Shown here: positions 1 through 11,920 of the stretch, piece after piece
Position numbering within the stretch: the stretch's first letter is position 1
Layout of the letters: every line of letters starts with the position of its first letter
Notes under the pieces: generated by a model
What the model was told of the DNA's origin: nothing
The model's database searches: none
What the model saw: the letters and a program-made list of their open reading frames with translations, nothing else
NCBI GenBank assembly: GCA_051530055.1
Contig: CM121341.1
Span: forward strand, 16,098,784-16,162,783
Direction of reading: 5' to 3'
Length of the DNA: 64,000 bases
Origin: Neoechinorhynchus agilis
Lineage: Eukaryota > Animalia > Acanthocephala
Position numbers and translations under genes: made by a program

Positions 1-169
1 TCTATAGTTGCAAATCGCTTTCGTAACTAGTAATAGACAATCGTTTTGATCCTTAGATCTTCCTCTGCGAATCTTGGGGATAATCACATCTCGATGGATA
101 GGCACAAAATTTCAGTATTTTCACTCGGAAATTTCACTTCTTAATTCCATATTCAACACCAAATTTTAG

Positions 170-2329
170 ATGGCAACTCAAAAAGAAAACGAGGAATCGT
201 TTAAGCTTACAGTCGAGGATTTCGTGCAAAAGGTTGAAGTATGTTTAAAGGAATCACTTCGCCAAATCTCCAATCAGTCACTCAGTGGTCTTTACAGTGA
301 CTATATGAGAAGCCATAAACCTCGCAATACCATTGCTCCTTTTTACTTAGCACCGCACGTTGGGCCCAACCAGCCTTATGTCATTATGATGACCAATGCA
401 GCCACTGATTCCAACAATTATAGAGTTCCGATGTACGTTTTACCTCCAGCGGAACCGATCCCTCAATTCGACACGTACACAGAAATAGAGCAGAACGTTG
501 AAATCGATTTGAGTGATATAAAAGAACATTCTACGGGCATAAATGACGATTCTGACAACAGCAGAACTGTAGCTTTTGGTGGCGACCCTCATAACTTTGT
601 TTTAAAGATGCCTGGGGTCTATCGTGGACTGAGATAGATCTCTAGCTATGGACGACGCCGTCTTTCAACTATATATGCTTCTACTCGGTCATATGGGTTC
701 GTTTTCATTTGGTGATTGGGTGCCTTACTTCGTTCATATTTCGCAGTCCAAATCGTCAGTTCTAAAACGGATAACTAAGCACCTTTTAGAGGAGCATCCT
801 TTAAGTACAGTGCAGTTGAATCGGTACTCAAATAATAACGAGTCTCATGAAGAAGCCGCTGACACGTTCAAAACTTTGTTATGTATTCGCTGTTTTCAGT
901 ACGATTGTGTCCATCACTTGGAAAAGTCTATAAGGAGACGTTTAAAGCCTTCTTCTGATGTTAGCGATGAGACACCAACAAGTGATTGCGACGAGCTCGA
1001 TTTTTTGCAGCAAATCATGGAAGGAGTAGCCGACGAAAAATTAGATGTTGCTGACAGATTAGGTGTTGAATGTCGACTTAATAGCACCTTAACTTTAAAA
1101 ACAACAATTCATACTTTTAATGTTTATCAACTCTCATACTTTTTCACGAAGAATTAAGAGTTACTAATGCCAATAAAAAAGACTAGAGGTTAAAATTTAT
1201 TGCATAAACGCATTTCCTTTGCTTGTCCTAAATTTCAATATTCAAGCAAATCACGAATCTGCTTTACTTCACAAAATCGAAGTAGTCTAACAAATACTTT
1301 TATCGGGCAAGCTCTTTTTTATGTTAAATTTATCTTTGTTAGAAAACGAATTAGAAAGTCTTTATAAATACGCTGAGAGACAACCAACACATGCAATCTA
1401 TTTCGTCCGCAAATTTTAAGAATTTTCTTCAAACGAGACGATCAAGACAACTTATGGTTGCGAACAATGAATCACATGATGATGCACCGCCATATCCTAA
1501 TGAATTGAGCAAGGAATTGATCAAAGTACTGTCGACTCAGAAATACCCGGGAAAACCTAAAGACGGCCAAATGTTTTAAATAGGAAGATCGTGTTGGAGA
1601 TTTTTCTAGAACGATAAACACGATTTTCGATCGAGATATGTTCCTTGCCACCACGACGGTCCATGCACTTCGATCAACTATGCTTGCCGCTGTGTGATTC
1701 AACAATCAGCATGTGGAAAATTCTGCATTTGTTTTAAAGAAGGTTGTGAACGGCAATTTCGAGGTTGTAGTTGTTGCCGTTCATCCGGTCCATGTCGCCA
1801 GTCTTGTAACTGCTATTCGTTCCTCCGAGAGTGCGACTATGATCTGTGCAGAAAAACTTCCGGCTCACCTTGCTCCAATAGATCCATTCAATTAGGTAAT
1901 AGATTACAACTTAAAATTGGTTTATCCGAGGTCGCTGGTCTGGGAGTCTTTCTTCAAGAACCAGCTAATAAAGATCAGTTCGTCTATGAGTACTGTGGGG
2001 AAATTATAACCCAAGCTGAGGCTGACAGGAGGGGTCGACGCTACGACCAGGACCGATGCAGCTTTCTCTTTAACCTCAACAACGAGCAAGTAGTTGATGC
2101 AACTCATTATGGCAATAAAATTCGATTTGCCAATCACAGCAAAAAACCAAATTGCTATGCAAGGCTCATGGTGGTAAATGGCGACCACCGCATCGGTATC
2201 TACGCAAGCAAAAATCTGAATGCAGGCGAAGAGTTGTTCTTTGATTATCAATACACCGCGAGCACTAAATTGGCCGCTATCGGCTGTGAACGGATGTCAA
2301 CTACCGAGGAAAGTGACAATGACCAGTGA
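170..2329 (+). CDS. E(z): Enhancer of zeste / EZH-family H3K27 methyltransferase (PRC2 catalytic subunit), spliced
   Basis: CXC Cys-rich region (PCHHDGPC..CRC..CGKFC..GC.C) followed by a SET domain with EYCGEII..EADRRG..YD..SFLFNLN, DAT..GNKIRFANHS.PNCYA and HRIGIYA....GEELFFDY; N-terminal CIRCFQYDC.HH motif. ORFs 170-637, 648-1157, 1391-1579 and 1694-2329 need probable introns to join (e.g. 1526-1609 GT..AG); exact 5' junctions uncertain. Confidence 0.93.
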
Positions 2330-3053
2330 AATGTTGTGTTAAAATGCTGCACTTTGTTATAACTATTCCATTCGTTTAATTTGTTATTTCCAAGCGAATG
2401 AGATCATAATCCAGTTATTCGAGTAGAAAACATCGCAAATCTGTTTAAAGTATCCATAAAAATGCATAAGCGTATAAAATTCTAACTCTTAAACAGCAAT
2501 AGCGGCATTGTGCTCTATTAGCGTCCCAATAAATTACTAAATATACCGAAGACTTGTTTCGGCTTTGTTTAATGAATATAGCCATAAAAACTTTTGGGTT
2601 GATTAGCTAGTTTTTATGCAAACTAAATTTTGTTAGCTGTATTTTCTACATGAAGCAGTTCCATTCGAGAAAAATCTCTAAATGGGATTGTTTATACTAA
2701 CTTTTATCGACTAACACAGCTAAGGGCAACATTTGCTTATATGCATCAACTTTAACAATTTCCCCTTTTTAAATCTAAACATCGATTTCGACCATAGTTC
2801 AGTGGCACTTTTTTTATTTCTTTACGGCAGCACATCGCTGATGATATTTACAAACCTCCAGTAATGGATATACATTTGCTTCCAGCACTTGCCGAATTTC
2901 AGTTTCAATTCCGGGTTGTTCTTTTCAAAAATAAGCATCTCATATAGATCGCAAAAATCGACCATATATTCTATTATTCTGATGACTGGAAATCGGCCGT
3001 ACTTGTGAATGAATCGTAATGTAATTTCTCCTCCTTTATCGTTGGATCGGTCT

Positions 3054-3894
3054 CTAATTTGGCAACTTCATCTTGCACTTCATTATGAGTTTTATTTCCT
3101 CTTCGTAAAGTCGTTTCTTTTCTGCTTCTTGCTGCTTCTTCCCGTTCTTCTGAATAAGAGGTTTCTTCTCAAAAGAACGCATCATCTTATCCATGGCAAT
3201 TTTCGATAACTCTTCGTTGATGCCATCAATAACTTCTTTGGAATTACATTTTTTAAGCTTTGCGATTTTGCGCTCGTCAATATCCTCGTCTTCGTAAGGG
3301 TTTTTGGAATTTGATAAAGCCAAAATACTCCCTGGACACTTCCTTCCAGCGAGTTTAATATATTCAGTAGCTGAACTCCGTTTCAGCTTCGGTCTATTCA
3401 GCCGTGCCATTAAATCAACGTCTGCGATGTATGGCTTTGTGTGTCAGGAATCGTAACAATCGGTGACGGTTTGGGAATCTTGGTATCATCAAACCAATCA
3501 GAAAGTTCATGAGAGGAAAAAATATCGATAAAATTTGTTCGTTAAGCAGTCTTCTCCACAAGTTTTGATTGCACGTTCGTATATGAACCAATGATCCCTC
3601 ACTATTTTAAGATATTGTTTCATCTTCTCTTCATTGTATTTCTTCGAACATAAACAAAGTTTGAAGTTTATTGATGACATTTCTAGCATCGTCGTCATTG
3701 TATAATTGATCAGGATCATTGGATGCATTCTCATATTTTCTCGAAGCCGATTCACGATTGGTACTTGTGAATTTCGTACACTTCGGATGGCGTTGATCAT
3801 CGCTGGTTTTCGAATCAGTTTTGCGCTTTCTGTCTGCATTTAATTGAACTTTGTGAACTTGTTCAGGCTTATTCTTTCTATGTTTTGGAATCAT
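3054..3894 (-). CDS. Unidentified Lys/Glu-rich protein, probably multi-exon, convergent with E(z)
   Basis: Three partly overlapping minus-strand ORFs (87, 110 and 118 aa) with coding-like composition that could be joined by short introns; no family recognised. Confidence 0.4.
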
Positions 3895-3989
3895 TTAAAG
3901 TAATACTTTTCCTACAGATTTAGATAATCGTCCAAACGTACTTTTCATGACGTCCAGGAACGGAATCTCTATCGTCATTCTCGTTATTA

Positions 3990-4430
3990 ACTGCCCACTG
4001 TATGTGCGGATCTTGAATGTTCAATGCTGTCTTTAATGAGTCATTACTGTGGTTATAATCGGTCAGAATGAACAAATCGTCCACAGGCTTGTTGCCGTTT
4101 TGAACATTAATTCGCTATATCCAACCACGAGGATACTATGTAACATCGCAGATTTTTATGGGATGCATTTTGTTGAGAAGGTGCCAAATCTTGGAAGACG
4201 TCTTGTGCTTGATGCTTTACATATCTCTGCGTCCCATACCATGGAAGGTAACAACACTAGCTTAAAACTACCTACCAATGAAGTCTTAAAAATCAATGAA
4301 AATGCAACACAGCGCAGGGGGAAGAGCGGACATACGGTATCGAGCCATACAACAACAAATAACTAACAAATCACCAAACCTTTTAGATGACGGATGAGCC
4401 GAGGTTTCCTCGCGAAATATATCTTAACAA
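3990..4430 (+). mobile_element. Degenerate 3' end of a Penelope-like element (GIY-YIG C-terminus plus pLTR)
   Basis: RRLVLDALHI....MEGNN.SLKL resembles the PLE at 16250 (KRRVIEEAVMI...MEGN.PSWKL); ends in an HHR motif. Confidence 0.6.
4385..4426 (+). ncRNA. Minimal type I hammerhead ribozyme relic
   Basis: AGAUGA CGGAUGA G CCGAGG UUU CCUCGC GAAAUAUA UCUUA; core has U4>G, stems I and II partly broken. Confidence 0.6.
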
Positions 4431-4990
4431 TAAAATACCTTTTAAAACATGCTGAAATCAATGCCATCCTGAGTAGGACCCTAAAAACGCTTTCCCTTCC
4501 AAACATTCTAGAACCCACTAATCTTTGTAGATTAGATGGAAGACGCCCTGATGGCGTGACCGTATTTCCTTGGCGGGAGGGAAAATGTTTGTTGTGGGAT
4601 GCAACGTGTGTGGACACGTTGGCAAACTCCAACATCAGCCACTCGAAAAAAGGTCCAGGAGGAGCGGCGACGGCTGCAGAGGATCGTAAATGCTCAAAAT
4701 ACAGGGAGCTAATCCGAAATTACCATTTTGTCCCCTTCGGTGTGGAAACGTATGGGGCCTTGGGAGGGTCGGCACTGGCCCTCGTGAAGGAATTGGGGAA
4801 ACGAATCAACGCGGCGACTGGAGAACCAAGATCGACTTCGTTCCTAGCCCAAAAAATAAGCATTGCGGTGCAGCGGGGCAATGCGGCTAGCATTTTGGCC
4901 TGCGCCGATGAATAGGGGCGTCGAAGAAACTATAAATTATGAATGCTCTTGTTAAAAAAAAGTTTTAATAAATAGACGTGTTATTATTGG
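4431..4990 (+). mobile_element. 5'-truncated CRE-type non-LTR retrotransposon, restriction-like endonuclease (RLE) domain and 3' end
   Basis: HAEINAILSR..LEP..RPDG.TVFPWREGK.LLWDATCVDTLA..AAE..K..KY..FVPFGVETYG..AVQRGNAAS in ORF 4394-4915; AATAAA and ATT-rich tail at about 4968-5000. Confidence 0.85.
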
Positions 4991-5524
4991 GATTATTATC
5001 ACCGCAATTCAAGAATTTCAATGATTGCATTGTTGCATCCAATAGATCGATGCATTGTGCACAACTCTATATATTCTTATGACATTGTCAATTTTGAAGT
5101 GTCACCCGTTTACTCATATCTGCGCATCTCAATAGGTTCAACTCTTGGTTCAATGCCGTTAAAGCTATTTACAAAACATAGAGAACGGCGATTGGATCTC
5201 AGTAATATCGTTGTTTTTCCGTTACCTATTTGGTCAAAAATATTCTTCATTGAAGTACATACAAAAATTATCCCTATTGCACTGACTCCTTTTTTCTCAA
5301 AGAAGGTCCAATGATGTACTTATAATTACGCTCTTTCCGAAGATCAACATCAACCGTTTTAGCCGAAAAAAAGTAATTTATTGAATTCTCCTGGTCGATT
5401 ATAGCTCACTAGTCCGTTAGAAAATCAAGTCTATTCCATAGGTTACAGTTCTGTAGATGCGGTGATCATCATTTCGGATAAAACATGTTTTATTGAAATA
5501 TTTAGCAACAACTACAAATTAGCA

Positions 5525-5850
5525 CAGTAGATTTCCCCCCTCACCAAATGCCTTTATAAATTTTTTATCAAACAATCATAACGCCTCTCAACTTTACCAC
5601 TACAATTTTTACCACATTTCGTCCCCTTCTCGCATGAGCAAAACACTCGTAATTCCAATTCATTTAATCCTATTATTCCTCGCACCTCCCTCCGTCCTGC
5701 AAACAACATCCGCAATTCCCACCCCCGTAACCCAATCCAAAATAAACAACCGCATTTAATGAAAAAATCAGAACTTAAATGTTTATGAGGACCCCAAAGG
5801 TACATAGTCCTATTCTTTGTTAATTGACAAATAAATGTGTTATTATTATG
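5525..5850 (+). mobile_element. 3' fragment of a CR1/L2-type LINE
   Basis: Homologous by eye to 17620-18060 and to the reverse complement of 7155-7415; ends AATAAA-tgtgtt-(ATT)n. Confidence 0.65.
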
Positions 5851-5996
5851 CCGAATGTTTATCTCTCGATGATCACAGTTTAGATACGAAAAGTATGTGA
5901 TATTAGAAAGCTGACGTATGATCGAACATACCAGAAATGTTCAGTCAATAGTTTAAAATTAAGCAATCTATCGACGAATAGTTTATTTAATTTCGT

Positions 5997-6514
5997 TTAA
6001 TCCCACGAAATTAGATTATTTGTACTTTGATATTGATTACCTACAACATTTTCGTTATCGCCACACTCACTGAACCATTGTTTTTGAATATACTTTTCAT
6101 CAACAAAATTGTCGCGGGTATAACTAAACCCTTTTTTAATTATCATTCTCCCTCAGTTTTTGATCTTACCTTTCATCCCAGCCGCGACTTTTGAAGTTTT
6201 GAGGTAGTTTAGCCTCATAGCGTGCATTCACCCGAGCATTACCTAAGCGTTGCATTATATCCAATTGCTCATTCGTCCATCGATCCAGCTCGATTGATCT
6301 AACTCGAGACATTTGGACACCTAATTTCCTATGAGCACCCGCGCACTTTATGCAAAGAAAAACGCCAATTGTAACCGACGCCCACGTAGGCCCTTAATGA
6401 AACATTTAAATTGCATCAGACGAAACCACAATTACTTTGTGTTCCGCAATCAGCGCATTTATCGTTCCCTGGAACAGAAAGCAGCTCTTTCACACATTTG
6501 TTGTTTGCGTACAT
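5997..6514 (-). CDS. Small SMAP-type ArfGAP (about 132 aa), 3-4 exons; missing from the ORF track
   Basis: Exons 6514-6436, 6392-6170, 6123-6071, 6040-5997 translate to ..ELLSVPGNDKCADCGTQRPTWASVTIGVFLCIKCAGAHRKLGVQMSRVRSIELDRWTNEQLDIMQRLGNARVNARYEAKLP..NFVDEKY..LISWD*, with the CX2CX16CX2C zinc finger and catalytic Arg. All introns are GT-AG; start codon uncertain; the last 30-nt intron is in frame and could be retained. Confidence 0.88.
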
Positions 6515-7048
6515 CGAGACTAATATCATATCCTTGTGTCGGTATAGGCGCATTTGTGACGTCGGTGTATTGTGATTTCTTTCGTGTAATTTTGCTCCAG
6601 TGTGCGCGCGAACGAATTACAATTTGGGTATATTTTGATGAACACGAATTACTTGAATGGGGTTTTTATTCTAAAATGTTGAGATTCGACTCGGAATATG
6701 CCATCTGAGTGTTGTTCGATCGATCAGTCGTCAGTTTTCCGCTTTCCACTTCGAAATTAAACATTTATTACTCATTGTGATTGAGGCTGTTTCTGAAGGC
6801 GCAAAATCTGCACTTAGCAAACATTCCAACTGAGTATCATTATGAAGAAAATTCATTTAATTTAAAATTAATATTTGGTCCTCTACCTGGGACTTCAGAA
6901 TCGCTTGTAAATTTTCTACTATGTAAGCTCTCCCACGTAGAGGACGAAATATTAATAAAATCATTTTTAATCATATCAAGAAGATATTTTGGGATGGTAA
7001 ATATTAAATGGTGACGAACATAATCCCGATTCAAGATTCCTTTAATAT

Positions 7049-7090
7049 GATGAAATATTTTGCGAGGATACCTCGCCTCATCAGTGGTTT
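7049..7090 (-). ncRNA. Hammerhead ribozyme relic (same family as 4385, 34575, 41345)
   Basis: Minus strand: CUGAUGA G GCGAGG UAU CCUCGC AAAAUAUU UCAUC; G12>A and 5' stem I strand lost. Confidence 0.6.
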
Positions 7091-7154
7091 TTTGAACGAA
7101 TTATTGCTTTTTGCTTTGTCTTTTAAAACACAGCAACATTCAATGGACTGTGGA

Positions 7155-7415
7155 CTCTTATAATAACACGTTTATTGGGTACAAAGAAAGGTTTAGGAGG
7201 ACGCATGTACCTTTGGGTCCTCATCCGTTAATATTGGTATACGAAGTCGAGGGATGTCCGTTCGGGAGGTAATATCTGGTCGGAGGGATGTCTATTCTGG
7301 TAGGAACTATCCAGTCAGGGATGGTTCGTTCGGGTGAGGATGTGTCCGTTCGATTGAGAATATCCGGTTGGGTTAGAAGGTCCGTTATGGTGGGAATACG
7401 AGTTTGTTGCTTGTA
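7155..7415 (-). mobile_element. 3' UTR fragment of the CR1/L2-type LINE family
   Basis: Reverse complement matches 17885-18060 (ttcccac.ataacggac, atgaggacccaaa, aataaacgtgttattat). Confidence 0.65.
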
Positions 7416-7444
7416 GGGTGTCTTTCTTGCGCTTGTAAGGGGCT

Positions 7445-8360
7445 CTTAGAATGACAATGCGATGCCCTTTTTGGACTTTTGGATAACGCAAAAAAGGAGC
7501 AGAATTTAAGACCACTGTATACAGGAAGATTGGTATTTCTACGGACATTACCCCTTCATCACAATGGCGCTCATTAAGTATAAAATGGTCAGGATTGACG
7601 CTCTTTGATCGTGCATACAGCTGTTGCTCCAACCAAGATTCGCTCAATAATGAGTTAGAATATCATAGGAATATGCGCAAAGGAAAGGGCAATGCAATCT
7701 ACATGATAAGAAGAGCTGGTTGCAGGGCCTTCTATGGAAGGAATGCAATGGTCCAGGAGCCGAAACGAAGAGCCGTCATAGGTGCACCATTCTTCGATGA
7801 TGAGTTATTTACCAATCTAATTAAAGGGGCTACCATGCCTTCACCTTTTAGACCTGAAAAAATCCAACTAAACGGGTGAAATATTGGGATCAATAAAAAA
7901 AGTCTCTATTTTTATAATCGCCAAGGAACAAATAAAGGAGCTACGTTCAAAGACCTAGATTGTTGTAAGAAACGAGATGAATATGATAGCTAAGGTGTAG
8001 TGTAGCAGCGAATGCCGCAAATCCTACGTTGGCCAAACAAACAATTCGGAAAGAAGAACCAAAGAATATAAATATGCTCTGAGGCGAGGCACCGATTTTA
8101 ATTCCGCGGTACTCAATCATTTTGAGTAGCAAGGTCACGTCATGGATATTGACAATGCCACCAATTTGGCGCGAAGTGAATCTAAATGGGATCGCGTTAT
8201 AATGGAGGCCATATTTATTCGCCAGTTTGAAACAGGTGAAGGGAATAATGCGGACTTCAAACTTAATCTAAGTACAGTGTGAATGTAATCGTCCCCTATA
8301 TGTGTTTTTAAACATTGATAAAGACAAAAGATTCTGCCGAAATATCGGGTTTAATGAAAT
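7445..8360 (+). mobile_element. 5'-truncated, frameshifted Penelope-like element (RT thumb, GIY-YIG, pLTR)
   Basis: PFLD.W, VYRK, LFDRAYSCCS..LNNEL; C..ECRKSYVGQTNNSERRTKEYKYA..SAVLNH..GH.MD..VIMEAIFI; in-frame stops. Confidence 0.85.
8308..8354 (+). ncRNA. Degenerate hammerhead at the PLE 3' end
   Basis: UUAAACA UUGAUAA A GACAAAA GA UUCUGCC GAAAUAUC GGGUUUAA; a few transitions restore CUGAUGA and a GGCAGAA/UUCUGCC stem II. Confidence 0.5.
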
Positions 8361-8691
8361 TATTCAATTTGCCGTCATATTAAAAACATGAGCAATTCAA
8401 TCTTCACACAGCTTTATTCTTTAGCGTAAAAAATAATTTAAATTGTTGAGAAATCGTTCAAATAATAGTGCGGATGAATGTTTAGAAATTAGCTTAATCG
8501 AGCGCAAAGCATAAACGCCTAAAACGATTCCAATAGAAGAATTTAATTTGTATTATCAAGAGTTTATAAAATAGTTTGATAAAAATGTGATAGTGTGCTG
8601 TTTGAATTACTCATTGTTTGTAGAATATTAAGATTTATCGCATTAAATCGAAATTCATCTTGTCCGCACTTTAATGTGAAGTTAAAAACAA

Positions 8692-11410
8692 ATGAAAGCT
8701 TCCATATCACACGATGACACCGAGACAAGTGCCTGTTTGAAATGCTAAACGTTGCTAGGACAACTTCTGATTATTATGAGAAGCGAAAGAGTTAGGCGAG
8801 AAATGTTTTCTTCGAATTATGTTGATGATTTTCGCGACACAAATCTAGGTGAACATGAACGCAAGAGAGAACTCGTTGATGTTATTTTGAAGGATGAATT
8901 TGATACAAGTTTTTTTAATTATTTCTTATCTCAGCAGGTTCAGTTGTCATCTTTACAACCGTTCAATGAATCAATGTAAAAGGTTTTCCATCACAAAATC
9001 AAATATGACTTTAAGGAAAAGAATTGGTCTGTGAAGCCACGGTTTCCTATTATGTACATCGAAGTGAGTTTTCGTTTGAGTTTACCATATAAAACAAACC
9101 TTAAACTTAAGACATTTCAAATTTACCATGAGCGCTTGATCAATTATTTGACGAACTACAGAATTCCACACTACCTACGATCTCACATTTACGTAGATTG
9201 CTTATTGTTGAAAAAACTTTTGTCTCACATGAAAAATGATAAAGGTAATGATGCATTTACGAGGGTTTTAAACGGATAAAAGCAAATGTGTATTTCAGAA
9301 ATTATTTTTCTTAGTTAAATATACTTTAAGATAGACTGAATCACATGATATTGCTATCGCCTTAAGAATATCTCTATTTCTAGTGATAAATGAAACCTAA
9401 TTTCGCTTTGTGTTGAGGATTGCTTACTATTTTTGATCAATTAACGAACTCTAAAATATATCTTCTAGCTGCTGATCAGTGCTTTTCAGCGGAAAACAGT
9501 CAGAACGGCGTTGCGTCATTATCGCTCTTCCACCGTAGGGATCGTCACCGTTCGACCATATCAGAAAACAGCCGAATAACCAACTTCATCGTTTGAAATG
9601 TAGCAAGTAATTTCTTAGAAAATATAATATTGAACGGTGAATTTTTTAAATTATTAGTTTGGTAAATTTGTCGGATTATAGCTTAGTGTATGTTTGATTT
9701 CATAGGTTCTAAATGTTCTTTGTATTAAGAAAAAAATTACAATATAATTTACAAATTGTGTTCTAAGATTTGAGGGGAGAAATAATGGCATGAGATAGTA
9801 CTTTGCATTAATATGAGTAAATTCCAAAACTCAAATTCTAAAATGGATCACCATAAAAAGCAAAATTGTTTCATCATTTCATATTCAAACTTTAATTTTT
9901 GAGAGTTTTAATCATTTTTTTACCAATAGAATGCTTAACTGATGTCGTGAAACGAGAATGGATGCGACAATTAAAATTTTTTGGAAATGCATTGGATTTT
10001 ATAAGATTTCTACAATCAAGTGATTATTCAAAAATATGGATCCAACAAAAAAACAGCATTGTTGTTCGTCTTCCTATTTCCTCACGGACTTTGCCTTGCG
10101 AGCACCTTCAAAAACTATACTGCGCGCTCATTGAGTATATTAACGCAAATCCGATTTCAGTTCACGTCTGTAAAGTGAATGCACTCTTGTCGGCCGAATA
10201 CTCCCAACAACTTGAGGTTGAGGATTCTGAAGAAACGAAGTCGGTTCTAAAAGATGGCTTCTATTATCAAGAAAAAAAATCCGCAGAGACAATATACGAC
10301 TTATTTTATGCGAAATCGTTTGAGATTGTTGAGAAAATCGTCTCAGTGGATAAAATTGGAGCGTCGATAAACCATAAAGATATTTTAAATGTTATTAGAA
10401 CGGATCTTTTGTGTGGTGGACCGTTTAGGCAATTTATGGTCACACAAAACAATGAGACAAGAACTGGCGGGGCAAGCATAAAGTTCGCAAATTATTACGA
10501 AAGATGGATTGATCCACATACTGAGATAAAATCGATGCTGAAAGTGGAAATGGATAAATTGATTGATAGAGGTCTATTTTGGATTGAAGCAAAAAAAAAT
10601 TCAGAACGAAAATATGAACTAGTTTTTGCACTCTGTCTAGAGGTTTCGCGTGATGATGCCTGATATATCGATTAGCACAAGTTTCATTTTAGGATTTAAC
10701 AAAGCGTTGGCCCCACTACATAAGTAAAGATCACGACGTTTTTATCGAAAAGGTGAGTGAGATAACAAAATTCCTCCCGAAAATTTCTATAGGTGCTTTC
10801 CAAAATAATTTTTAGCATCAAAACTCTCGAAATTTAACTTTAATTTTATCTAATGTTCGGCTATTCGGTTACATTTTTTGAGTGTTGAAGTGTGCATCCC
10901 TTTTTCTTCCTAAACGTTCTTTAGATGAATGGAAAGCCAGAATCTGATTATATTAGAGGTCCAAGATATTACAAAGGTACTAGCGAGCCAGGGATTGTGT
11001 TTTCTGGCGAAAAAATCGACACATATTATATCCCTACGTGCGAATTGAACAAACTGATTAAAGAAGGGAAATCCCTATCTTCTAAAAAAGATGAATTAGA
11101 TAATCTGAAGACACTTGAAAGCTTCTCAGATCCAAATACATATAGAAAGAAAGAATATCAATGCAAAAAAAGCAAAAATGATGAAGATGCGAAAGAAGAC
11201 TTTGAAGCTCTGCTGAATGAACATTCGAAATTAAATTTGGCTATGAGTAGCGGTGTTCTTTACGAGGAACATCAAGATATCGAAAATGGGGAATTTAACG
11301 TGAAGAAACTTAGAAATCTCACTGATGATTTGATTATAGAAAATGCATTAAATAAAATAATAGGACAAATCGAATGTGAATTCAGAAGAAAATTGGCTCA
11401 AATTAATTAG
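8692..11410 (+). CDS. RGS22/RGSL1-like multi-RGS-domain protein, 6-7 exons
   Basis: Phase-consistent exons 8692-8728, 8759-8937, 8983-9063, 9112-9244, 9930-10642, 10693-10752, 10925-11410. DEFDTSFFNYFLSQQVFHHKIKYD resembles the RGS22 N-terminal DDFLVDYFNEFLSLPTFSEAIRFN; YRIPHYLRSHIY..LL.KLLS resembles RLP.FL.S..Y; further RGS-like F..FL blocks follow (RGS22 sequences recalled, not searched). Confidence 0.65.
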
Positions 11411-11477
11411 CATGCTAAATTGTGTTTTTGTGGAATAATTTTAGACGGTTTGTGCATGTTGGGTTTTTGGTATACAC

Positions 11478-11920
11478 GCACCGAATCTGCTCGAACCGAG
11501 TCACCTCTGCAGACTCGACGATCGAAGACCGGATGGGGAAACTGTGTTCCCGTGGCGAGAAGGGAAATCCCTTCTCTGGGATGCTACTTGTGTGGACACC
11601 CTTACTCTGTCCAATCTAAGACATTCCTCAAGGCGCGAAGGAGGTGCTGCAATTGCCGCAGAGGAACTTAAGCGCGGGAAGTACGCGGAGCTCTTGAGGG
11701 CACATCACTTCGTCCCTTTCGGCGTTGAGACGCTCGGTGCCTTCGGTGCTGAGGCCAAGAACTTTGCGGCGGATCTTTCAAGGAAGATGAGAATCGCAAC
11801 CGGATAACCAAGAGCAGGAACGTTCTTCCTGCAAAGCATAGGTCACGCGATCCAGCGCGGCAACGCTGCAAGTGTCCTTACGACGATTCCGAGTGACGAA
11901 GAGATGGATCTGGGAGGCTC
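11478..11920 (+). mobile_element. 5'-truncated CRE-type element, RLE domain
   Basis: LLEP..RPDG.TVFPWREGKSLLWDATCVDTL..AAEELKRGKY..FVPFGVETLG..AIQRGNAASV. Confidence 0.85.

Noticed and set aside
1472-2251. Short antisense or alternate-frame ORFs here and over other genes and TEs (e.g. 6331-6708, 43805-44302, 47889-48098)
   Set aside because: They are shadows of real coding sequence on the other strand or frame.
10480-10640. STN1-like winged-helix call for ORF 9899-10663
   Set aside because: The spliced product fits an RGS22-like multi-RGS protein better.
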